A DNA stretch of 64,000 nucleotides, taken from positions 1,860,001-1,924,000 of the forward strand of contig OZ251222.1 in assembly GCA_965240325.2 (NCBI GenBank), given 5' to 3'. A program made the position numbers and the translations under genes. The notes beneath the pieces were generated by a model. That model did no database searches, was not told the origin of the DNA, and saw only the letters and a program-made list of their open reading frames with translations. Positions within the stretch are counted from its first letter, which is position 1, and each line of letters begins with the position of its first letter. Origin of the DNA: Rebecca billardiae RCC1528 (taxonomy: Eukaryota > Protista > Haptophyta). Below, piece by piece: positions 19,590 to 30,600 of this stretch.

Positions 19590-22324
19590 ATGTCCGTCGC
19601 GAAGGTCGCCGGCGGCGCGGTTGCGGCCGCGGGGCTGCTGATCTTCCTGAACTATCAGTTCGTGCTCGTCCGCCCGATCACAGTGCCCGCCGACGCTCCA
19701 GCAGGCGTGCGCGGCTCAACCCCCGGAGTGTCTATCACCCCGTCGGCGCTCACAGTGCTGCCGCCGACCACGGGCGCAGCCGGCGGTGGTGCTTCTGCCG
19801 CGCTGACGTCAAGCGTCAGCGCGGACCACCCGTCGACGCCGACCAACGCGCGAGAGGCGAGGATCTCGGCCCTGGAGCGCGAGCTCGCCCAGCTGCGCAC
19901 CGAACTCGATCTGTTGCGCCCATCACGCACGGCGCCGGTCGCGGACGCGTCTGCGACGGCCGCGAGCGGCGCACCGGGTACGCCGGCGGCCGTGCCCGCG
20001 ATCCCCGGCTCGGGTGCCCGCTCCGGCTCGTACGAGCGAGAGTGCCCGCACCCGTGCGGACCCAATGGCACGTGCAACCGCGCCACCGGCGAGTGCAGCT
20101 GCCCGCCGCACCTACGCGGCGAGCGGTGCTCAGAGCCCATGTTCCCGGCCTGCGCCAACATGTGGGGCTTCCAGATCACCAACGCGCCGTGCGGGCTGCC
20201 CGAGGCGACGTTCCCGATCACGTGCGAGTGCGCGGCGCAGTGCGATGACGCCAACTTGCTCATGCGCCGCATGTGCTACGAACACCGCCCGCCGGAGGAC
20301 CCGGGGCGCTCGCGCAACAAGCGGTGGCACACGGGTGCCTCTGACGAGCGCTGGACGATGACCGTGGTGGACTCGCCGGCGATGCTGCAGGTGATCCACG
20401 AGCGCGCGGAGGCGTCGCGCGCCACAAGCGCGTGCAACGGGCACGGCATCTGGATGCCCAAGCTGCCGCGCTGGCTGGACCCGCCGGGCGTTGTGCCGAA
20501 CATCCCACTGTCGCACTTCGACCCGAATGGCGAGTCTGTGTGCGTCTGCCTGCCGACCTGGTGGGGCGCCAAGTGCACGGACCCGCTGCGCTCGCCCGGC
20601 ACGTGCCACAACCGGTGCACCGGGCGGGGCAAGTGCGTGGGCTCGGTGTGCGCGTGCGACGAGGGCTACTGGGGCACCGACTGCTCGCTGCGCGTCGACC
20701 CGGCCGGCGGCGTGAGCAAGCTCGAGAACGGAGCCGTTGCGCCGGAGGGCTCGGGGGTCACGGCGAAGGTGTACGTGTACGAGCTGCCCGGCCGGTTCAC
20801 GACGTGGCTCGCGGCGCAGTCGCACGCGCCCGAGTGGACGCACTCGTGGTGGTTCTACGACAACGACATCTCGCTGCACCAGCGATTCCTCGCCAGCCCG
20901 TACCGCACCACCGACCCCGAGGAGGCGGATTTCTTTTTTATTCCGCTGTACCGCTCGCTCGGCGCGTACACGGCCGGCTGGGGCCCGGGCGTGGTCACGC
21001 CCAAGGGCTGGCGCGCCTTCATGGCGGCGGTGGGATACGTGAACCGCACCTGGCCGTACTTTTCGCGCAACGGCGGCCGTGACCACAGTGCGCGCGCGCG
21101 CGCGCAGTCGCGGTGACCGCCGCCTGCGCAGGCCGCCGCGCCTCTGACAGCGCCCTTGCGCTGACACCCTTCCCGCGCGCGCGTCCGCGCATTTGGCCGC
21201 GGTGTCCGCAGTGATGGTGATCACATGCGACGTGGGGTACGGCACGCTCGGCGAGCACACCAAAAACGGCTTCATCCATCGCAGCGTGCTCCCCAAGCCT
21301 CTCGAGCCGATCAAGTTCATTCTGCAGTGGGTGCGCGCGTGCGCGCCAAGCCGCTGCTCAGTCGAGGCGCGCGCGCGGGGGCCCGGCCTTGCGCGCTCAA
21401 GAGCGGGCGTCGTCGCACTGACCAACCGACCGACTGCGGTGCCGCCTGTGCCCCGGTGCTCGCGTGGCAGGGTGGCAAGCCAACGCGCCCCGGGTACGAC
21501 CTCGTCATCCCGCCACGCACGCCACCGCAAGAGGTGCTCTCCACGACGGGCTCGGCGCACCCATACTCATGCGCGTACTCGCGCATCGGCCCGAGCCGCG
21601 CCGCGCCGCGCGCCGTCACGCTCGCGCCGCGCAACGGCTCGTTCTTTTACTTCCGCGGCAAGATCATCCTGGACAACCCGGTGTACTCGCAGGGCGTGCG
21701 GCAGCACGTGTACCGGCTGCACCACGAGCGCGAGGGCTACGTGATCAGCGACAAGAGCAGCAAGAACTTCTACAAGGAGATGATGGACGCGCGCTTCTGC
21801 TTTGCGCCCACAGGTGCGCGGCCGGTCGAGCGCGCGCGCGCTGGTGCGCACACGGGTCTTGCGCACCGGCTGACCGACGCGCGGCGCCCGCGCCCGCCGC
21901 TGCGACAGGCTGGGGCTGGGGACAGCGCGTCTTCGAGGCCATCCTCACCGGCTGCATCCCCGTGATCATGCAGTCGGACAACGAGCAGCCGTTCGAAAAG
22001 ATTCTGCCTTGGAGCGAGTTTGCTGTGATGCTGAACGAGTCGCACATCCCCGATTTGCACACCATCCTCGCCGCCATCCCCGAGGAGAAGGTCGTGCGGA
22101 TGCACCGCACGCTGTCGTGCGTGTGGCCGCGGCTCACCTTCTTCTCCTCGCCGTCGCAGCGTGAGGAGTTTGGCCAGCTGTACCAGTCGGATGCGTTCCA
22201 GATGATGATGCTGGAACTCAGTGCGCAGTTGGACGCCGCAAAGGGCGGTGGTGGCGGGTTGCAAGCGTGGCACAACGCCTCGCGCATGCTCACCACGGCG
22301 GTGTGCTCTTGTGTGCAGCCATGA
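19590..22324 (+). CDS. Exostosin-family (GT47) glycosyltransferase with EGF-like domains, type II membrane; introns 21088-21211, 21331-21470, 21814-21908
   Basis: N-terminal TM and EGF-like Cys patterns (CxCxxGYWGTDC). GT47 motifs VYVYELP, YRTTDPEEADFFFIP, PYFSRNGGRDH|MMVITCD, DLVIP and FCFAPTG|WGWGQRVFEAILTGCIPV. All three introns are GTGCGC..CAG and restore the frame. Confidence 0.92.
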
Positions 22325-22423
22325 GACAGACGTCGCCACGGCCGGCCCAAGGCAGCAGCAGCCCCGAGGCTACGAGTGGCGCGCTGCGAGTCCTGAGCAC
22401 TGCTGCATGTCTGTGCTATAAGG

Positions 22424-24146
22424 TAGGGGGGCCAAACCGCCCATTTAAAAATGAAAAGCAAAGTCGCGTCGCATTTTCGCTCCGCCCTCGGCCTTTTAGG
22501 GTGGCGCGGAGCCTTTTTCTCGGACCCCGCTCGAAAATCGAGCTTCACGCCTTCGGACGCTCAGAGCTCGGTTCCGCTCCAGCGCGAGCGGCCGGAGGCA
22601 GTGGACCGCCGCGCGCTCGCGACCTTTGAGACGCCGAGATGGTCTCGGGTGCGCGCGCGCGTGACGCTGGTGGGCGCTACTGACCCGTGCCTTTGCGCCA
22701 CCAGCGGCTCACCACCCGCTTCTTGGCCATCTCGCGCCGTGCGCGGCGCGCGTCGGCCGGCTTGAATTGGCGCGCTGCGTGCGCCCGTCACGCTACCGCA
22801 CGGTGTGGCTCATGATCAACTCGCACAGTTGAGATCGATGCTCGCACCAAGTGCCCATGTATGTATGTGGATGCCCAGCTCGCCTAACCTGCCCTGCTGC
22901 GCCGGAATCGCCGTCAGCAGACCGGCGCGAGCTCGCGCGCAACACCTCCGCGGAGCTCGCAACTGTCATGTTCCGCTTGTAGGGCCCGTGTTTGCACCTG
23001 CCGTGGCACTTGCGATGGTCAGTACGTTGGGTATGGGTCACGTGTGCCCTCTGATGGCGTATGGGCGCCTCCCATTCGCCTCTCAGGACGTCGCGGACGT
23101 GCTCGCAGGCAGCGGTTGGCTCATTCGACAGGTCCGACGTGCACTCGACCGTGCCTGCAAGCGCGCCCCTGTGACGCTCATGCCTGCAGAAGCAGATGCA
23201 GATGGGCCCTCATGCACCCTGGTGCGCCCAAGACCGGCGGGAGCGTCAGAGACCGTCTCAATCTTGACACCTTGCACACGCCGGCGCTTGCCGTTGGGCT
23301 CCGCGCAGCCAGCCAGGAGCGCCGAACAGCGCCGGATCAGCCTCTGTAGGCCGAACATCCGCCCCTAAGCCCAGAAATAGCGCGGAACAGGGTAGTGCGT
23401 ACCTATATGGACCAATCCCATCCAGCCTGGTTTGGTGCAGACACGCCAGCCACCGCCTGGAGCAGACGTTTGCTGCCGAATCGCATGCTCGGCACTGTGC
23501 CGCACTGCGACGACGACAGATTTGACCTGCCTCGTAGGTCTCGGCCAGGGAGCGGTGACGGTTGGCTCGAGTCACTTTAAACCTTGACTATGACCGAGAG
23601 CACTCCCGGGCTAAGGACGTGGGGCCGGTGCTTTGGGTCTACTATGTCTGCAATACGCCGTACGCGTGGCCGTATACACAGTCTGAAAACGTATCTCGCA
23701 GCTCGAGATCAGACTAGGCTGTATTCATCAGCATGGCGCCTATATACACAGTGGGTATGTAACGATCGGTGGCTTCTAGGAAACTACATATTTGACAGCC
23801 TGCCAGTACACAGCCTATATCGCATGTTGGGACCTGCTGCTGCTGGGGACTCAGAACGATCTCGCTGAGATGCTCTATCAAAGTGAGGTCGACATGCCAC
23901 ATGGTCTATATGTCACATATAGGACGACCGTTACATACCGTTTCCAATAAGTTCAGGCTCATTCTAATAAGTAAATATGCTAGCCGTTACGCCCTATATT
24001 CAGGGTATGTGCACCTGATTTTTTTACATGGCCGGCCCAGACCCCTCCAGGGGGCAAATGATCCAGCCTGAAATCAGCTCTAAACACTCGCTAGGACCCG
24101 CGCTCGTGGCCGTCAGTAACGCTACAGTGCCACTTTGGCCCCCCTA
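22424..24146. mobile_element. non-autonomous DNA transposon, 1723 bp, 13-bp TIRs, 7-bp TSD
   Basis: Left end TAGGGGGGCCAAA (22424-22436) and right end TTTGGCCCCCCTA (24134-24146) are perfect inverted repeats. They are flanked by the direct repeat TATAAGG (22417-22423, 24147-24153). No transposase ORF recognised. Confidence 0.85.
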
Positions 24147-25109
24147 TATAAGGCAGCCGAAGGCTTCGGGCGGCAAGTCAGCAACTCACTTTCAGGCTCA
24201 GCCGTCAGCAGCCGCGACTCTGCAGCGAGTCAGCAGGAGCCGCGTCGAGCCGCGTGGAGCGGCCAGAGCGGACCGCGCGGCCCATCACTCACTACTCAGT
24301 CGCTCGGGAGAGTGAGCGGCGCGGGAGTCGCCAGTACAGTACCCGCACTGGCTCTGCCCTCCCGCCTCCGCTGCCTCCGCAGTCGGGCCAGTCGGCCCGT
24401 GTCACCCGTGTCCGCGTGTCGGCCCGCGGTGTCGGGCCTGCCGGGCCGCTCAAGCTGCTATAGCGCGCCCACTACGACTCGCACTACTACTAGACAGTAC
24501 TACTAGGCCGTACTGGCTAGCCATAACGTCAGCGGTCATCATCTAATTGCTGCTCGTCCGCATTCGTTGCGCGCCCGCGACCGCGTCCGATTACAATAAA
24601 GATTCAGAAAGTTAGTAGTTCATCAACTGTCAAGCCCGTGACATCAGACTCATCAGTTATAGCACGTGATACGTCGGTAGTCGTCTTGTGCTGACTCATC
24701 GTCTGTACGACATATATATGCATGCGCATATGAATGTTTACGCGTGTAGCAGCAAGTGAAAGTATTACACGTAGCTAGCACTTATAGCAGCAGTCGTAGC
24801 GTAAGAGTGCCTAAGTGAACCGGAGCCACACTGTCCGCCGCGGATCCCGCCCCCGGGGAACGGATCATCGCCAAGGAGGTTCATCGCCGTCCGACGGACC
24901 ATGGCCCATCTTAAGAGCGCGCAAGAGCCTTGCACGTTCACCATTATCTAGACGACGCGCCACTTCTGAGGTGCGCACAGTAGCCAGTTGTGAGTTCCAT
25001 TCACCCGTGAGCGGTCGAGAAGCCAATGGCAACGGGTGCCCAGCCAAACACCACCCCAACCGCAGCGTAGCAGTGCGCAGGGACGCCCCGCAGCCAGTCC
25101 TGGAGAGGC

Positions 25110-25751
25110 CTACTCCTCGTCCGGTTTCCCGGTCTCGACGTAGCGCCCCCACGAGATGAACGCCCACACGCGCTCGAAGCCGAAGAAGAGCGCCGTCTTG
25201 ATGATAGCATCGGACCCCGCGATCTTGGCGGCCGCCTCGAGCCCGCCAGTGATGATGCCCGCCGAGACCAGCGTGTTGAAGGCCGCGAAGACGCGCCACA
25301 CGAAGGCTTTCAACAGCGAGCGGCCAATCGAGTCGCCCTTTGACGAGCGGCCGACGTTGCTCTTGTTCCACAGCCGCTCGCCGATGAACATGGTGACAGA
25401 CTTGGTCAGGAAGTCAGCGCCCACGACGCCGATCGCTGCAGCCATCGACCCCGAGAAGAAGAGCGAAGTGCAGAGCGTCACAACGGCGGCCGTCGCTCGC
25501 CACGACAGCGCTTTCACGACCGAACGCTTCGTCGTCTCCACCAGCACGCCATCCGAGTCATCTCCGGGGCTGGCCACTGGAGCCGCCACATCCGCCAGAA
25601 GGATGCGCGAGCGCAGGTGGGCACGGGCCGGGCGCGCAGCGACGTGCGGGGCGTGCGCCAGCGAGCGTGCGACTGGCACTCGGACCGTCGCAGGCCGGTG
25701 CAGGCTCACGCCCAGGAGGGCCGTCACGAACGCGAGCGCGGGGGTCGGCAT
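25110..25751 (-). CDS. DUF2061-family membrane protein (two repeats), probable plastid-targeting leader
   Basis: Two copies of the ExxxRSxxKAxxWR...ERxW motif (ETTKRSVVKALSWR..GERLWNK and DSIGRSLLKAFVWR..FERVWA). Hydrophobic signal followed by an Arg/Ala-rich transit-like region. Confidence 0.8.
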   Translation of the reverse strand: MPTPALAFVTALLGVSLHRPATVRVPVARSLAHAPHVAARPARAHLRSRILLADVAAPVASPGDDSDGVLVETTKRSVVKALSWRATAAVVTLCTSLFFSGSMAAAIGVVGADFLTKSVTMFIGERLWNKSNVGRSSKGDSIGRSLLKAFVWRVFAAFNTLVSAGIITGGLEAAAKIAGSDAIIKTALFFGFERVWAFISWGRYVETGKPDEE

Positions 25752-26046
25752 CGAGCTTCTCGTCGGGCACCGACGTCGAGGCACCGGCGGCGATGCAGCT
25801 GACGAAGCGCCAACGTTGCGCGTGTGCGCGCATTTTATTGCCGATGAACTTTCTTTTCCCGGAATTCCCGCATCAAGCAAATTAAAAATGAAAAGCCAGC
25901 ATTGAAAGCAAGTTCAAGAGAGCTCGCCGCTGGCGGCGACTGCACCGCGTTGGACTGCGCGCGCTCGGAGCGTTCCGTCGACGGTCGAGGACTCACAGAC
26001 AAGCTACACGCAGCGGTAGCCCCCGATGACACACCAGACGCTCTCG

Positions 26047-27348
26047 TCATCCGACGACGAGGCGGGCCGCAGCCTCCACATAGTCTGGCGGGAGCGGGTG
26101 CTCCTCAAAGAAGCGCCACGCCAGCAGCGTCGCCGCGGGCGCGGGCATCTCAGCACCCTCGAGGAAGCCAAACGACCACGGGGAGCCTGGCCAGGTGTGG
26201 CCCCCGCCGGAGATGGTGTACGAGTGGACCTCGGCGTCATCGGCGCACTCGGTGCGCGCCTCGAGCGCGACCCCGTTGTCGTAGTACGTCATCGCCGTCT
26301 CGTTGCACCCATTGAACACCGCCCATTTCTGGACTGCATCGGGCACGCCCGTTCCCCAATACTCGCGCCCGCCGCCGGCATACGGGTTGGTCTCGTCGTC
26401 GAGGCCGTGGAAGGAGATCACGGGCACGGGGCGGAGGCCGTCGTTGGGCAGCGGGAAGCGAAGGCCGCCCACGGGCGCGATGGCCGCGATGAGCGGCGAG
26501 AGCCGCGCGCCGAGCATCGAGCAGAAGCGCGCGCCGCGCGAGTGGCCTGTGCAGAAGACACGCCGTGGGTCCACACCTCCAGGCAGGAGCGCGTGGACGC
26601 GCCGCACGAGCGCGTACGTGTACGAGACGTCGTCCCAGCCTTCGCCCGGCCACGCGTCCTTCGCGACGTTGAGCGCGTCGTCCTTCCCCTCGAGGACGAC
26701 CACCGCGAACCCGTGCTCCTCCGACAGCGCCTGCAGCTCCGAGATCTCGAGCTGGTCCTTGGGGCTCCGCCCGGTCCCGGGCGCGAGCAGCACGAGCGGC
26801 GCGGGCTGCTGTGGCTCGGGGGGCATCACGAGGAGGAAGCGGCGCTCCGTGCGGAACCAGTCGACGATCGAGTCCCAGAACCCACCCATCTTCGAGCAGC
26901 CGGCCTCGTAGTCCGCATCATCATCACCGCGCCAGCTGCCGTCACTCGCCACCGCACCGACGCACGTGTACAGGCCTGCTGACATCACGCCTGAGCTGCC
27001 GCCCCCGCCGCCACTCGAAGGCACGTCGGTCGAAGTGCTGGAGCTTGGGCTCTTCTTCGGGCTATCCCCCGCGCCGTCCACGGGCGCTGGGGAGCCGCCG
27101 CCCCCACTCGCGGGCAGGATGATGGCGAGGTAGATGATCACAAACGAGAGCACAAGGATGAACGCCATTGCAACGAGCGCGACGTACACACGGTTCGTCT
27201 CCAGCAGGCGTTGGCGCCAGCTCCGTGGAGGTGCACTGCTCTGCACGGGCTTCTCTCTCGTCACGGGCGGGGCCACGGCGAGCTCCCTGACGGGTGGCTC
27301 CTCCGGGCGCATCTCCTCGTCGTCATCGAGCGGGGGTTGGGGCGGCAT
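26047..27348 (-). CDS. LpqC/PHB-depolymerase-like (feruloyl esterase-type) alpha/beta hydrolase, type II membrane-anchored
   Basis: DDVSY..VDPRRVFCTGHSRGA (GxSxG nucleophile), AAIAPVGG, PVISFHGLDD and GGGHTWPG, with a TM helix and Ser/Gly linker upstream. Start approximate. Confidence 0.85.
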   Translation of the reverse strand: MPPQPPLDDDEEMRPEEPPVRELAVAPPVTREKPVQSSAPPRSWRQRLLETNRVYVALVAMAFILVLSFVIIYLAIILPASGGGGSPAPVDGAGDSPKKSPSSSTSTDVPSSGGGGGSSGVMSAGLYTCVGAVASDGSWRGDDDADYEAGCSKMGGFWDSIVDWFRTERRFLLVMPPEPQQPAPLVLLAPGTGRSPKDQLEISELQALSEEHGFAVVVLEGKDDALNVAKDAWPGEGWDDVSYTYALVRRVHALLPGGVDPRRVFCTGHSRGARFCSMLGARLSPLIAAIAPVGGLRFPLPNDGLRPVPVISFHGLDDETNPYAGGGREYWGTGVPDAVQKWAVFNGCNETAMTYYDNGVALEARTECADDAEVHSYTISGGGHTWPGSPWSFGFLEGAEMPAPAATLLAWRFFEEHPLPPDYVEAAARLVVG

Positions 27349-27661
27349 TGCGGCTGGCTGGCTTGGCTCCGCGGCGGCAGTGCTCGCAAAAGCGCGCCGA
27401 AATGTCGTCCGGTGAGCAGTCCGGGGAGGCCCGATCCACGGACGGACGGCCATCCCGGAATTGATGGCGCTTGATCGCGAGGCTTGATGACACATTCGAA
27501 TCAGAACGACAACTCACTCCAACGTCGACATCGTCATCGTCAGCAGCTGAGCAGCAGAAGTATACAGTATCGCCTCGCGAGTCGTGATGGGGTGCTGGGA
27601 GACTTGACGTCGTGATCGACGTTGGGCGTACGGTAGTGCGACGATCAGATGACTCGGATGA

Positions 27662-30600
27662 TCAGACGGTCAGCGGCGTGAGTCGCGAGAGCCACGCCGG
27701 CTCTCCCGCCGCCACGGCGCCATCGACGTGGCCGGTCGATAGCCGCCCATTGGCCGCTCGGCGCGCGCGCGCGGCGCCCTCATCGCGCGCGAGCTGCACG
27801 TACGCGCGCATGCGCGCGCCCACCGCGGGCGTGGAGTGCAGCAGTCGGAGGACGAGCCCAGCGAGCGCGGACGCCAGATCCTCAGCGCCCGCGCGGCCGT
27901 GCGCGTCGAGCAGGGGCAGCGTGTGCTCAACGAGCAGCGCGCTCACCACGTCCGGCGCACGCGCGGCGAGGGCGCCGAGCGCGCGCACGGCGGCGAGGGG
28001 GACGGCGGGTGCCAGGCGCCAGGCGTGGACCGCGCGCGCCAGCGGGGCGGCCAGGGCGGTGGCATCCCACCCGCCGTCGGCCCCGGCAGCCGCCCAAAGC
28101 TCACAGACGACTGCCGCTGTGCGCGCCCACACCGGGAGGCTCAGGTGGATCGCCCGAGGCCGGGGCGGCCCGAGCTCGGCATTGGCGAGCGCGCTTGTCG
28201 TCGTGTGGCGGCCGCACGCTGGCGCGCTGCCGTCCGCCGCGCCGCCGGTGGGCGCGCGCAGGGCCGACGCGTCGGCTGGAGGGCCGGTCGGACCAGTCGG
28301 GCCGCCGCCGAGATGGTGCACGCATGACTCGACGGCACGTGCGAGCAGGGAAGCGCAAGAGTCGTGCGCGGCGTGGTGCGCGCCAGCCGCCGCACCCGGC
28401 GCCCGGCTCGCCGCCGCACCGGCAGGCGACTGGGCGTGTGCCGCGATGCGCAGGCAGCAGCGCAAGGCCGCCTCCTCCTCGTCACCGTGCGCAACGCCAG
28501 CCGCCGCGGCGTGGCCAAGCGTCCCGAGCAGCGCGCTCGCGAGCGCGCACGCGCCCGCCTGGCACGCCGCACGCCCGTCGGCAGAGACGCTTCGTGCGCA
28601 CGCCGACGCCAGCCCCTGCACGCACGCGAGCGCGCGCGCCCGCGCCGCTGGCTGAGGGCTCGCGAGCTCGGCCGCGAGCTGAGTGGCTCCAGCGGCGAGC
28701 GCGGCGCCTGCGGCTGCGGCCGAGACCGGCGGTCGCAGATCGGTGTGCGCGCGCGCGCGTGCGCCGTCCTCGTCTTCGCCCATGCTGCCGCTGCCGCCAG
28801 CCGCCGAGCCCCGAGGCGCGCATCGCTCGATCGCGGCAAGCGCACCGCGCAGCGACGCGGCGGCCATTGCGCCGCGCGCACCCGCTGGCCCACCGCGCGG
28901 CGTGCGTGCATGCTCGTCCGCGGCCTCGCGCAGCGCCGCAGCGAGCGGGCGGCGCAGCGCTCGTGGCTCCAATGTCGAGCACGCGCGCAGAAGCGGCGGG
29001 CTCGGCGCGTGCGCGCGCAGGCTGCGCACGGCGGCGGCGAGCGTGGGCGCCCACACCTCCGCAGAGCCCGCCGCCGCCGCGGCCGCGCACGCCGGCTGCG
29101 CCGCCGCCAGCAGTTGCTCCGGACCGGAGGCGCCGAGTGCCGCGCACCCAGCCGCATCAGAGATGGCTCGCGCGAGCGCGAGCGCCGGCGGGCTGATGAG
29201 GAGCAGGCGGAGGGCGCAGCCGAGCGCGCGCGCGCACAGAGGCGGCAGCGCGGGCGTCGGGGGCGGCGACGCGGCGCCGGGCGCGCGGCCGCTCAGCGTG
29301 CGCCCGCAGATGACGACGAGGAGCAGGTGCTCGCACGCGCTCATCGGCGGCGGCGGCGGCGGCGGCGCGCCCAGCGCCGCATCGGCGCGGCAGGCATTCG
29401 CCGAGCGCGCGAGCTGAGACGCGAGGCTGAGAGCGAACGCATCGGCGCCGTCGTGAGCGCCCGCGTCCGCGCGCGGCGCACGAGGCACGGCCGGCGCGAG
29501 TGCGACAGCCGCGCCGCCGTCGCCAGCCGCCGACTCCGCGCCGCCGTCGAGGAGCAGCTCGGCCGCGCCGAGCGCGGAGGTCGGGAGCGCGTCCGCTCGG
29601 CGCGCGAGCGTGCGCACGGCGCGCGCGCTCACTTCCGGCTGCGCAAGGCTCGCGTCGCGGAGCATCGAGAGTGCAGACAAGGTCTGCCCCGGGAGCTCGG
29701 CGCGCGCCGCGCCGGCCAGCACCCGAGCCGCGACGGCGACGGCGGCGCGCGAGAGCGCGGGCGAGGCGCACGCGAGCGCGCTCAGCGCGGGCGCGCAGAC
29801 GGCAACGGCAGACTGCAGCTCGGCATCGCCGGCGCCGCCGTGCGCCGCGCCGAAGAACAGGCACGCGCCGTCGATCAGTGCCGCGCGCCAGCGCGCCCAG
29901 AGGCTCGACCGGCACGGTGGCGGCACCAGCTCGGTGGCGTCGGCGCGCGCCGGCCGCGCGGCGCGGCCTTCAACATCTGCCTCGGGCAGCGCGGACGGCG
30001 CGCAGGTCTCGACCTCCGCGTCCGCGCCGCCGCCCCGCGCGCGGGCGGGCGCGCCGCCGGCCGGAGCGCGCGGCCGCTCGAGAAGGGCCTCGGGAAGCAG
30101 CGAGGCGAGGAGCGCGCGCGGCGCCTCGCAGCGCGGCGCGCGCGCACCCAGCTCCGCGCAGCGAGGCTCAGAAGCACTCCCAAGCCCGTGCGCGCTCAGA
30201 AGCCACGCAAGCTGAAACACGGTCGTCGGCAGCTCGAAAGCCCCCATAGTCGCGTCCGCGGCCGCGGCGAGCGCCGCTCCGCCATCGGCCGAGCCCCCAT
30301 GCTGCTGCGCGGTGCCGGGGCCGTCACGCCAGCGCGCGCCGAGCTCTTCGAGCGCTGTGCGCAGTGCGCGCTCGAGCGCGCAGGTCGCCGCGTCGTCGGA
30401 GCCGCCGCCGCCCCCGAGGCAGACCACCGCCCACACGCCCAGAGCGGGCGACTCTTCGACAGTCGCCAGCAGCAGCGGCAGCCGCCCGGCCGCTGCCGCG
30501 CTGCCGTCAAGCGCGGCCGCGTCGTCCGGTGGCGGCGCGGCCACCGCCACGCGGAGCCACGCGGCGGCGGCGGCGGCGGCGGTCGCAATGGGCGGCGGTA

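Noticed and set aside
22805-23868. ORFs inside the TIR element as transposase remnants
   Set aside because: No DDE, BED finger or hAT dimerisation motif recognisable.
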